A stretch of 64,000 bases of DNA from Octopus vulgaris (GCA_951406725.2 OX597835.1:46686001-46750000), one strand, 5' to 3'. Counted from the stretch's first letter, positions 14,750-26,848 are shown. Translations and numbers: made by a program. Notes: generated by a model not told the origin, from the letters alone.

Positions 14750-16321
14750 TCTCTATATATATAAAACTGAGAATGTGTGTCTGTCTGTCTGTGTGTTTCC
14801 CTAAAACCTGAGAACTACACAACCAATTTCATTCAAATTTTACACATGCCTTACTTAGGGTCCATGTAGTTTCATGGGCAAAAAAAAAATGTTCAACTTC
14901 TTGTCTAGAGCGAGCCCATAACAATATCATATCTTCTCCACTATTTCAGTATTACGTGTTAAAAGTGAAACAAAAACATTTCTCTATTTTATGTAAGATA
15001 CTTTCACTTTAACAATAAAAATAATAACAACAATTGAATTATATGTAGTAAGTAATAATTAAAATCAAGCTAAAGTATAATATAATCGTAACATAACAAA
15101 AGTAAAAATAGCAATTGGTATAAAATTGCATCAATGACTTGAACTTGAATAAGTGGTTTCACATGAATGGGAATAAATTTAAAATAAAATTAGCGTGCAG
15201 AAATGGAATAGTCCAGATGGAGCTGTGCTTTAACATTAGATTACCTGCTAATTAGCTAGCATTAAGTATCTATATGAAGTTTGGCTGTATGTAATATCTG
15301 TTTTCTCGAACAGCCGCTCCTACAGAGTACTGCTGTTGGTTTATTTCTTATACATAAAGGACTAAAGCTTCAACTGCTTACTGCTTTCTGATTCATCGTA
15401 AGGTTTGTTGTTATTATTATTACTATTATAACTATTGTTATCACGTTTGTTGGTTCCTCGTAAAGGAAACATTGTTGTATTGCATTTGTTAAATAATTGC
15501 AAACTGTAACCCTCCCCCTTTGGGAGAAGGAGCTTTGGTTATTGTTTAAAAATTGAATTGTGTCCCTGTGTGGGGAAATTGACAATATTTTTACCGTTTA
15601 CACGGAAGCATTTTTGTTAAAATGCCTTCGATAGAAGAAAGTCCAAAAATGAATTTCACTGCAGCCGTCGGTAGGCGCAAACTCATTGAAATTAAAATGG
15701 AAGAAATACGGATTGATCATCGACAAAGACGGTGAATCTAGGATAACACCACCAAGCGAAATAAAAAATTACATTAAAGAAAAGACTATCGTCTATAAAG
15801 TATACAATGTAGAGAAAAAAAAGATTTGAAAACCTGGAGGAAAGCACCATCGAAAAGTGTCTTGGTGCGACTATGAAAGATATCTAACTAGAGGCGGTAC
15901 ATTCGCCAGAATAGAAGCAAGGTTCGAGTCAACGGAGCGTTCAAGGGAGTACTCGACTCGAACCTAGCAAAGTGGAAATATTTTATTTTTACCTTTATAT
16001 CTGGGACGTAGGACGTCCCGGATAAAAGTTTAAAATGTCCCCCCAGAAGTAGAGATAGGCTGGATTGTAGCCACACTTCTATACAAGAGGGAGGACAAGA
16101 TACAATTGATCGAAATTACAAGAGACGGGCTAACAATTCCTGTCTGTTATATATTTAGAGTATTGTTATCACTAGCGATATCAAGATATAACTTTGTATT
16201 TTGTATTTTATGTGTAGATGTATATATATATATATAGATGTACATGTAATATGTACACATATATATACACATATATACATGCACTAGCACTATGACCCGG
16301 CAACGACGGGTCATAATGCTA

Positions 16322-16322
<1 letters not shown>
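14750..16322 (+). mobile_element. candidate non-autonomous Helitron
   Basis: 5' A|TCTCTATATATATAAAACTGAGAATGTGTGTCTGTCTG; 3' hairpin CCCG-GCAACGA-CGGG followed by ...CTAG|T. That both ends belong to one element is inferred. Confidence 0.5.
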
Positions 16323-16373
<51 letters not shown>

Positions 16374-16936
16374 ACTTGGCAATGGACGCGTGGCGTTCAG
16401 TTATTTAGATGATGATATAAATAATATGTGTGTGTGTATGAGTACAGAACATCACCTACAGTAAACAACATGAAATACGAAAACAAATAAGTTCGATACG
16501 CAAACAACGAGAGAAACAAATGGAAAACAGGACAAGTAACGCAAAGCCGACCCTTCATTGGTTGTCGACTATCTACTCCTCAATTCGAGCATTGACAACA
16601 TGAATCTTCCAAGACAGTTGCACCCAAAATACCAGGACCATCGTCCATCTTTCTTTTCCTCACGTGACCACCTTTCTCTTCCTCTGCAACATCCTAAGGA
16701 CTGGACGTCTTCTATCTTTTCTCTTTTCAAAGAAAATATTTCTTTCAGCGTTTGCTATTTCTCACTCGTTCTGGTCTAACGACCCTCCATGTCTGTTTCC
16801 GTTCGGTTCCCTTGTATGCATCCACTGTCCTGTTTTTGGTCCCAACTTTGATCCCCATCCCCATAAATCCAACATTTTGTTTTACTATTTATGGGAGCAA
16901 CTGTCTTCGAAGACTTATATTGTCGTTCATTGCTCG

Positions 16937-17006
<70 letters not shown>

Positions 17007-17017
17007 TATATAGAAGG

Positions 17018-17068
17018 AGCTTCTACAGGACTAGAACTGTTTCATTCAAGAGAAATCTTCAGGAAGCT
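17018..17068 (-). ncRNA. type I hammerhead ribozyme motif
   Basis: Minus strand AGCTTC-CTGAAGA-T-TTC(TCTT)GAA-T-GAAACAG(TTCTAGTC)CTGTA-GAAGCT. Confidence 0.9.
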
Positions 17069-17468
17069 AGTTAACAAGAATTGTATTGGCATTTATACAT
17101 TTAGGCAGGTTTAAAGGGGTGGTGGTGGGGGACTTTTTTGGGGGTAGGCATAGCGCAAAATATCATACTTGGGGGAGTGGTCAAGGAGTCAGTGGTAAAT
17201 TAGATAAAAGAATAAATAAAAGAATAAAAAAATATATAAAATAAAAAAATAAAAAAATAAAAAAATAAAAGAATAAAAAAATATATATAAAAATATATAT
17301 AAAAAAGAATAGAGTTTTAGGTAAATAAGGAGATTCTCACTTATACCTATACACATATGTATACATATATACACACACACACACATATATATATACATAC
17401 ACACATACATACACACACACACATATACATATATATACACATACACATACATACACATATCTACACAT

Positions 17469-17521
<53 letters not shown>

Positions 17522-18795
17522 CACACACACACATGCATACACATATACACACATGTATGTATACACACACGACCACACATACATATACACACAGAAAAAT
17601 ATATATACATACACACACATACACATACACGCATACACACACATATATCCACATACACACATGCACACACAACACACAGGTCCCCATATACACATATATA
17701 CACATACACACATATATACATATATATACATATATATATATATACATATGTGTACCTATACATACCTACACATACACACATATATACATACAAATACAGA
17801 CCCATTCCCTAATTTTAATTTCATTATCTTCATTTATTACTTTTGTTATCTTTGACCGCTGGTCAAAGCATCTTGGCTATGACAGCAAGTCCATTAATCT
17901 GTCTACTTGAAAACAAGCACTCATTCACGCACGCACACTCATTTGCACGCACACTCAGTGTGCGTGCGTGAATGAATGCTTGTTTTCAAGTAGAAAGATT
18001 AATGGACTTGCTGTCATAGCCAAGATGCTTGTGACCAGCGGTCAAAGATAACAAAAGTAATAAATGAAGATAATAAAATTAAAATTAGGAATGGGTCTGT
18101 ATTTGTATGTATATATGTGTGTATGTGTAGGTATGTATAGGTACACATATGTATATATATATATATGTATATATATATATGTATATATATATATGTATAT
18201 ATATGTATATATGTGTGTATGTGTATATATGTGTATATAGGGACCTGTGTGTTGTGTGTGCATGTGTGTATGTGGATATATGTGTGTGTATGCGTGTATG
18301 TGTATGTGTGTGTATGTATATATATTTTTCTGTGTGTATATGTATGTGTGGTCGTGTGTGTATACATACATGTGTGTATATGTGTATGCATGTGTGTGTG
18401 TGTATGTGTGTGTGTATATATATATAGATATATATATATATGTGTATGTGTAGATATGTGTATGTATGTGTATGTGTATATATATGTATATGTGTGTGTG
18501 TGTATGTATGTGTGTATGTATATATATGTGTGTGTGTGTGTGTATATATGTATACATATGTGTATAGGTATAAGTGAGAATCTCCTTATTTACCTAAAAC
18601 TCTATTCTTTTTTATACATTTTTTTATATATATTTTTTTATTCTTTTATTTATTCTTTTATCTAATTTACCACTGACTCCTTGACCACTCCCCAAGTATG
18701 ATATTTTGCGCTATGCCTACCCCCAAAAAAGTCCCCCACCACCACCCCTTTAAACCTGCCTAAATGTATAAATGCCAATACAATTCTTGTTAACT

Positions 18796-18846
18796 AGCTT
18801 CCTGAAGATTTCTCTTGAATGAAACAGTTCTAGTCCTGTAGAAGCT
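18796..18846 (+). ncRNA. type I hammerhead ribozyme motif
   Basis: AGCTTC-CTGAAGA-TTTCTCTTGAAT-GAAACAG-TTCTAGTC-CTGTA-GAAGCT; 6 bp stem I, 4 bp stem III, predicted cleavage after GUA at 18840. Confidence 0.9.
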
Positions 18847-18930
18847 CCTTCTATATAGTAAATTAATTTTACTCTGCTATGTATTGAGTACCTTATTTAC
18901 TGTGGTTAACCCCGAATCAACCCGAGACCT

Positions 18931-18978
<48 letters not shown>

Positions 18979-19197
18979 ATGTATATATATCTTTTAACTT
19001 TTATTAGTTTCAGTCATTTGACAGCGGCCATAATGGAGCACCGCCTTGAAATTTTTGGCGAATGTATCGACCCAAGGACTCATATTTTAAAGCTTGATAC
19101 TTACTCTATCATATTCTTTGGACGAATCGCTAAGTTTCGGGGACGTAAACACGCCAGCACTGGTTGTCAAGTGATGGGGTGAGGGACACACACACAC

Positions 19198-19279
<82 letters not shown>

Positions 19280-19539
19280 ACGGGTAATATAATTCTTTTA
19301 CTTGTTTCAGTTATTTGACCGTGGCCAACATCTCGAGCACGCCTTTAATCGAGCAAATCGACCCCAGGACTTTTTCTTTGTAAGCCTAGAACTTATTCTA
19401 TCAGTCCCTTTTGCCGAACCGCTAGTGTATGGGGACACGACGGGCTTCTTTCCGTTTCGGTCCACCAAATTCACTCACAAGGCTATAATAGAAGACACTT
19501 GTCTTTGCTGGACGGAAACGGAAAAAAGCCCATCAGGAA

Positions 19540-19607
<68 letters not shown>

Positions 19608-20529
19608 TGTACGTGCTTATGTATGCATGTGTGTGTTTCTTCTCTCCGCCATCGCTAAATCGGTGTTGGTTTGTTTACGCCACGTAGCATAACATTTCCG
19701 CAAAAAGAGACCGATGAATTTAGTACCGGACTTTAAAATTTTGGATTAGAAGTAATGGTTTTAGGGATTGTCTACCTAGCTAATTTGCTTATTGGGGTAG
19801 ATTCGTTAGACTAAATACTCTTCAACGCGGTGCCCCAGCATGGCCGCAGTCGAATAATTGAAACAAGTAAAAGATAAAAGAGATAAACAGTTTCATCTGT
19901 ATTCTTTCTACGTGTTTCGGTCCATGCTGGAGCACTGCCTTAAAGGGTGTTAACCGAAGAAATCGACCCCAGGACTTGTTCTATGCAAACCCAGTACTTA
20001 TTCTATCGGTCTCTTTGGCTGAACTGCTAGTTTACGGGGATATAAGCACACTAGCATCGGTTGTCAAGCGATGGCAGGTGAATCATTACTGGCTCTGTCT
20101 ACCTAATTTGAAACCGTTATCATTGGTGTTGGTATATTTTTAGTAATACTACTAACAATATAACAACAAGCAAGTGATTTGACCCGAGACTGCGGTGAAA
20201 AGAAGACTATTACAACGTGAAAGACCAATTTAAACCCTGGCATTTATTTCATAAACATTTATTTGGTGTCAAAATTCTCATCACATCAACTGCGACCAGG
20301 TCATCAACACGGTTCCTCTGACACGGTTCCATGCAGTGGAACCGTGCCAGGGGAACCGGGTCGAACTGTGACCAAGTCGCAGTTGATGCCACGAAAATTT
20401 TGACACTAAATGATAAATATTTAGGTGACGTCAACAGTTTTTGTGTGACTTTTGAATGAATAACACGTGTCTTGCAACCTGTAATTGTGTAATTGTTATG
20501 TATCCATACATACATTCATACATACACAC

Positions 20530-20628
<99 letters not shown>

Positions 20629-20636
20629 AAATTTTA

Positions 20637-20717
20637 TTCACCTGAAGAAAACGATTTTTTCATGATGTAATTGGTTTGTTCACCAACTGAAAACGCGTCT
20701 GAAACAGCTGTTATGAA
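20637..20717 (+). ncRNA. minimal type I hammerhead ribozyme motif (slightly decayed)
   Basis: TTCAC-CTGAAGA-AAACG...CGTCT-GAAAC-AGCT-GTT-ATGAA; palindromic stem-loop III ACAGCTGT. Confidence 0.7.
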
Positions 20718-20926
20718 CTTGAACTCATTTGGTTATTTCAAATTGTTGTAATGTTTGCGTTGATGGATTAAATGGAGATGCTTGAAACGGTCGTAATGCA
20801 CTGATACCTGGACATCATTGTTAGTTATTTGCGTTTTATTCACCTAACTTCGAGTAGTGCAGACAATACTGGACAGGCTTGGTGCCTCAACTTAAATGCC
20901 TAATTCAACTGAATCTTAATTATTTA

Positions 20927-20978
<52 letters not shown>

Positions 20979-21043
20979 TACACACACACATATATATATA
21001 TATATAACTACAAGGGTGAATACTTGATAATTCACCACCAAAT

Positions 21044-21119
<76 letters not shown>

Positions 21120-21876
21120 TGTATGTATGTATGTATGTATATATGTGTACATACACATACACACACACATTTATTCATCTCTCAAGTACGCCATAACCAG
21201 TGCTATATCCAGAGTTGATAAAGATCATCTGTTTCGGGCATGTCCATGATTCTGGCTTCGTATTGAAACAGCAGCTGATGCAAACGAGAGAGTCATTGAA
21301 TAAGTGTGATAAAAGGACTTTGAAAATTACTTCTCCTCTTCGTCCATTACAAGTCGGCTCTCTCCATCAAGGCTAAGACGAAATGGGATCGCCCGTATGT
21401 AACACAGATGCAGAGACAGCGCCAACCGGGACACACATCCTGCACATTTCCTCAAGATACTTAGCCTCACCCTACACGAAAACAAGAGGATTCCCGACTT
21501 TAACGAGGGGACATTTTCTACCATCCGTAAGGCTTAATCGCAGGGAAGCCTTCAACGTCCTGTTAGCCCACTCGGGACCATCCCTGCATAGATATCGATC
21601 AACGAGGATGTTACATGCGTAACGGCAGCCGTGCACAATGGCAAACTATCCTCCACCACCGTTCCCAGTGTGGCCTTTACACCACTAACAAGCACTAATA
21701 TAGAGTCGCTTCCATCCGGCTAACCAGAATTGCAGGATCTACATAGACACACACTTCTTTGATTATCCTCCTTAAGACAGGCCTTTGCGGCTGAAATATA
21801 ATGGCTTTTTTAAGCTTTCTGCATTGTTAGAAGCTTTCCTCATTTCTCATTTATATATATATATATATATATATGT

Positions 21877-22595
21877 CAGTGGCAACTCCGGCACTCGGGA
21901 TGTTCGGGCTTGGCCCGAGTATAAATTTAGTAAAGTGAACGTGTATTATCAATCTGATTTAATTTCTGCCAACACTGACTTCAAGTATGTAATTTCAGCC
22001 AATAATTCGGGCTCCTTGTATTGAACCGGGTCGCAGTTCAATTATTTTCGTTCAACGTCTGGCGGTCATCAAAAAATATCATTCGTAGCAGACGTTCTCT
22101 CCACATCGTTCACACACGCCCGACTCGGGCTCAGAAGTTACAGCCCGAGTTGTTATCTTTACTCGTAGAAATTAAAAGTCATTCGAATTCAATGTCTTCT
22201 TGAAACAATAAACTTCTATAGAGATTAAGATTTAAATTCCAATCTATGAAAAGTTTCCTTTCTACAATATTCTTAAAGGAACGAAAAATTATCCAGCAAC
22301 TCGGGCTAATGCGAACCAGCGTTGCAGGTGTAAAGAACTAACTGGCATCTCTTATCAAAAGTACAGGCAACAGTCAGATCGCTGATGTTTGTTGGGCACT
22401 CGGCTGTCGTTGATTGCTGTTGTTCTGTGCGTCACTCACCTAAAGATCAGTTGTGTCTTGCAGGGTTGCTTTATTTTTACCCTCAACTTTGAAATGGAGA
22501 AAGACATAGTGTTAAATATTAAAAAAATAAGCCATCTGGTGCTAGAAATAAAGACGAAAAAAGTAAAATTTAGGAGATATTTTTTGGGTGGTTTT
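21877..22595 (+). mobile_element. dispersed repeat, probable DNA-transposon end (CAGTGGC start, hAT-like)
   Basis: A diverged inverted copy lies at 44450-45096. Begins CAGTGGCAACTCCGGCA next to (TA)n. Confidence 0.6.
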
Positions 22596-22604
22596 ATATA
22601 TATA

Positions 22605-23000
22605 CTAGCAGTATCGCCCGGCGTTGCTCGGGTTTGTAAGGGAAATAACTATATAAGCATTTTTAGAGAGTTATAGCCAAAAAATAGGAAAAAAATGCAT
22701 TAAAAATGGAAAAAAAATTAAGGTAATTTCTTTTTAAATCGTTGACACATCGTAGATATTTTTAGAGAGTTACTTCCCTTACATAATAGCAAAAAAAATG
22801 CATTAAAATGGAAAAATATGATGGTAAATTTTTTTAAATTGTAGACTCATCGTAGACGCGCGCTAATACCCAGAAGGGCTCGATATGAATCACGACTATA
22901 AGATACCCGGTTTTGGTTACACTGCACCGCAAAATGTGGGAGTCGTTACGAATCTAAATCGTAGGAGACAGACACACAACTTCACTCTTATATATAAAGA
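22605..23000 (-). mobile_element. non-autonomous Helitron, family A
   Basis: Minus strand A|TCTTTATATATAAGAGTGAAGTTGTGTGTCTG ... CCCG-AGCAACGC-CGGG-CGATACTG-CTAG|T: TC start, subterminal hairpin, CTAG end, AT target. Confidence 0.85.
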
Positions 23001-23819
23001 TATAAGTCACGTAGTTATATACACATACTTTGTTATATATACATTCTTAACAGAAAATGTTATTTTGAATACAACATTTATAAAGAATAAAATATTTTTG
23101 GGTTTTTCTTAACCCTTTCGTTACTATATTTCTGACCAAATTACACCCCTTATGTGTTTCAATTAATTTCTAACGTAATCATAAATTTAGTCTGGTTTCA
23201 TTAAACAACTATAACTTTTTTATTTATCAATATATTAATCTGATTTTTGGAAGATAATTTAATGAAATATTCTCAACCAATTCTATGCTATAATTTTTAT
23301 CACAAAGTGACTCTAATTGCAGGTAGATACAGGTAAATTCCACAAAATATAAAATTATTAAAATTTTGTTCAAACATCGCTATAGAAAATGGGTTATTAG
23401 CTAATATTCAATTGGGTATACAACAAAATTTTACGATAGAATTTGTTATTCTGGGTAACTTTCTGATACCCATAATAATATTTATGGCAAAATAGGCCTT
23501 AATTTAATTTAAGGTTGTGGGAAATAACAAACTATCCTTTCTTTCGCTTTGTTTACGTTTAGCGTAATGATTTCAAATAGGCTCATTCGAAAAAGTAAAA
23601 AGAAATAGTTTAAGGCTTTATACTCTTCTGGGAAAGTCTGTGGCTTGGTGCAGTTTCTTCAGAAAAATCACCGAAAGAAACAGTTTTTAAATTTTCACTC
23701 CATTCAGGTACCAATTCATTTTCTTAATCGCTGTCGGATTCACTGTTTTCACTTTAATAGCTGCAAACTTGCAAAGACAAAGGAGGAGAAGGGTGATAGC
23801 GTCAGTGAAACAGTCGCTC

Positions 23820-24068
23820 CCTTTGTGTGTGTGTGCGTTTGCGTGTGGTGTATCCCACATTAAGAAAAACATTTGACATATACACCAGAATGTGAGTTTT
23901 CTCTAAATTTTGCTTAATTGGGGTTGAAATTTTAAAAACCGGACCTGGCATGACCCGATGCATTCTACTCTTAAAAATGCTAGGTAAATTGTAATTGAAG
24001 AAATCCTATATTGTAGATTTCTATAAGTTACAAAGGGAGGCAGATAAAATCTGCCTTTTATAATAAGA
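23820..24068 (-). mobile_element. Helitron-like family B, 5' portion
   Basis: Minus strand starts TCTTATTATAAAAGGCAGATTTTATCTGCCTCCC; homologous to 25790-25981 and 26600-26848. Confidence 0.6.
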
Positions 24069-24463
24069 CTAGCAGTATCGCCCGGCGTTGCTCGGGTTTG
24101 TAAGGGAAATAATTATATAAGCATTTTTAGAGATGTAAAGTATAATAGCCATCTCAATATGGCTAACCACAAAGGGGGAGGGGTGTTACTGTAGCTTTTT
24201 ACGTTCTGAGATTGAATAATAAATTTTAGAGAGTTACTTCCCTTATATATGTGAAAAATGGATTAAAAATGGGAAAAATTGATGGTAAATTTTTTTTTAA
24301 ATCGTAGACTCATCGTAGACGCGCGCTAATACCCAGACGGTCTCGATATGAATCACGACTATAAGATACCCGGTTTTGGTTAAACTGCACCGCAAAATGT
24401 GGGAGTAGTTAGGAATCTAAATCGTAGGAGACAGACACACAACCTCACTTTTATATATAAAGA
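24069..24463 (-). mobile_element. non-autonomous Helitron, family A (second copy)
   Basis: Same TC...hairpin-CTAG termini and body as 22605-23000. Confidence 0.85.
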
Positions 24464-24627
24464 TTTCCTCTATTTACATAATATTGAGGTCTCTTTCTTT
24501 CTTTTGTTATCTTACTGTTTTTACCAATATACATATATATATATATATATAAATATATATATAGTTACAGAGATGTACTTGCATACCAAGTGACTTGATC
24601 TGAGATCGTGTGCTGGAACGAAAACAG

Positions 24628-24886
24628 TTGCAGCGTTGAAGGTGTTTATAAGCCATTTAAGAAACACACAAAAACCGTTAGATTCACTTCAACATTTAAA
24701 TTTAATTTGTCAAAATATTTTCGTCGCTTTGAGACCGCGACCTGTTAGCACGATATTTTTGTCAGTGAACAGGTCGCGGTCTGAAAGCGACGAAAATATT
24801 TTGGCAAATTAAATTTAAATGTTGAAGTGAATGTAACGGTTTTTGTGTGTTTCTTAAATGGCTTACAAACACCTTCCACGCTGCAA
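24628..24886. repeat. ~260 bp palindrome (119 bp arms, 21 nt spacer)
   Basis: 24628-24746 is the reverse complement of 24768-24886 with a few substitutions. Confidence 0.92.
24758..24808 (+). ncRNA. variant hammerhead ribozyme motif (G3-C8 core)
   Basis: TTTGTCA-GTGAACA-G-GTCGC(GGTCTGAAA)GCGAC-GAAA-ATAT-TT-TGGCAAA. Confidence 0.6.
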
Positions 24887-25229
24887 TATATATATACACA
24901 CATATATATATATGTATGTATGTATGTATGTGTGTATATGTGTATGCATGTATGTGTGTGTGTGTGCGTGTCTGTGCTTGTGATTGTCCTCCACCACTGC
25001 TTGACAACGAATGTTAGTTTGTTTACATCCCTGTCACCTAGTGGTTTGACAAAGGAAACAGATAGAATAAGTACAATGCTTACAAAAATAAAACTGGAGT
25101 TGATTCATTAAACTACAATTCTTCAAGGCATTGCCCCAGCATAGCCACAGACCAATGGCTGGAAAAAGCAGAAGAATAAAAGAATACATTCTCTGCTTTG
25201 GTCTTATGTTCAAGGCATGAGAAAGCTTG

Positions 25230-25525
25230 AGTTTACATGAGAAGGCCTAACAGACCTGGTAGAAACAGCAGCCAAATCTCCCTCAAATCACACCTTACTG
25301 TCTTATCTATGTATATATGTATGTATGAGCCTATGAGGGAGACCCCTACATGGCAGCTAGACCTGGTAGAAATAGCAGCCAAATTTCCCCCTAATCACAC
25401 CTTACTGTCTTATCTATGTATATATGTATGTATGAGCCTATGAGGGAGATCCCTACATGGCAGCTAGACATGGTAGAAATAGCAGCCAAATCTCCCTCAA
25501 ATCACACCTTACTGTCTTATCTTTC
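25230..25525 (+). repeat. tandem repeat, ~107 bp unit, ~3 copies
   Basis: CAGCCAAAT...AATCACACCTTACTGTCTTATCT recurs at 25269, 25376 and 25483. Confidence 0.9.
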
Positions 25526-26577
25526 TGCTACTTGGATATAGGTGTTATATTCGTCGTAAAAAACTTTCCTGTCACACACTCACGCACACGCACACACACA
25601 CACACACACACGCACCCTCACACACACACACACGCGCACACCCACACACACCCACTCACACACACGCACGTTAGCTTACAATTTTATTCATATATTTGCG
25701 TGTCTATGTGTGGAAAGAGGAAGTGGGAGTCAGAGTGAAAGAATCACTCACTACAGTAAGTCAATTACTTTCATTTTATTCGTTGCCCACTGTGTGTGTG
25801 CGTTTGCGTGTGGTGTAAACCAGACTAAGAAAAGCATTTGACACACACACCAGAATGTGAGTTTTCTGTAAATTTTGCTTAATTGGAGTTTAAATTTTAA
25901 AAACTGGACCTGGCATGACGCGATGCATTGTACTCTTAAAAATGCTAGGTAAATTGTAATTGAAGAAATCCTATATTGTAGCTTTTGGTTAAACTGCACC
26001 GCAAAATGTGGGAGTAATTACGAATGTAAATCGAAGGGGACAGACACACAACTTCACTCTTATATAAAGATGCTTTTTTTTTTCAGTCATAGAGTTAGAT
26101 TTATGAAGGTCTTCAGTAGAAAATCCTTCGAATTCTGACTCGCTGCTTGATATAATGAAATTCGTATCCATTTTTTGTCAGAATTACAAATTTTGAAAAC
26201 ACAATAGGAACAAATTTCGGAAAAAAATCTCCCATAATTCACGGAATTAAAATTACACTTCGATTTTTGTACAAAACTGTATTTGAAGTGTTTACGAAGT
26301 ATAATACGTGTTTTCACGAATGTACTAAAGAGATTTACTCTGATATTCTCATTTAAATATGAATAGGTAATTCGGGCGGTTTGGTAACGAAAGGGTTTAT
26401 ATAAGTGTCGTCTGTTTATACATAAACACTGTTTCATAGTTTCAGTTTAGTCTTCCTCAAATCACTGTCGCTAATTTACTCTCTTCCAAGAACATTTTCA
26501 CTCACTGTTATCTGTTAGCTTCCCATACATTTTACTCATGTATCTATCAGCGTGATAGACAGAAACAAATATTACAT

Positions 26578-26848
26578 TTACTTTCATTTTATTCGTTGCC
26601 CACTGTGTGTGTGCGTTTGCGTGTGGTGTAAACCAGACTAAGAAAAGCATTTGACACACACACCAGAATGTGAGTTTTCTGTAAATTTTGCTTAATTGGA
26701 GTTTAAATTTTAAAAACTGGACCTGGCATGACGCGATGCATTGTACTCTTAAAACTGCTAGGTAAATTGTAATTGAAGAAATCCTATATTGTAGATTTGT
26801 ATAACTCCCAAAGGGAGGCAGATAAAATCTGCCTTTTATAATAAGAGA
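26578..26848 (-). mobile_element. Helitron-like family B, 5' portion
   Basis: 26578-26794 is nearly identical to 25765-25981 and ends in the same ...GCCTTTTATAATAAGA terminus as 23820-24068. Confidence 0.65.

Larger units (their letters stand above)
17001..18863. mobile_element. non-coding ~1.86 kb palindromic element with an HHR in each arm (putative non-autonomous PLE)
   Basis: 17001-17939 is the reverse complement of 17957-18863 (unique parts and microsatellites); 17 nt spacer; flanked by (TA)n. Confidence 0.85.
23113..26395 (-). mobile_element. piggyBac-like DNA transposon relic carrying nested insertions
   Basis: Perfect 12 bp TIR CCCTTTCGTTAC (23113-23124) / GTAACGAAAGGG (26384-26395), flanked by TTAA and TTTA. 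Minus-strand acidic N-terminus MDTNFIISSSESEFEGFSTEDL starts at 26171. Confidence 0.7.

Noticed and set aside
25230-25525. CRISPR-like regularly spaced repeats
   Set aside because: Whole 107 bp units are repeated with no unique spacers; eukaryotic context and no cas genes.
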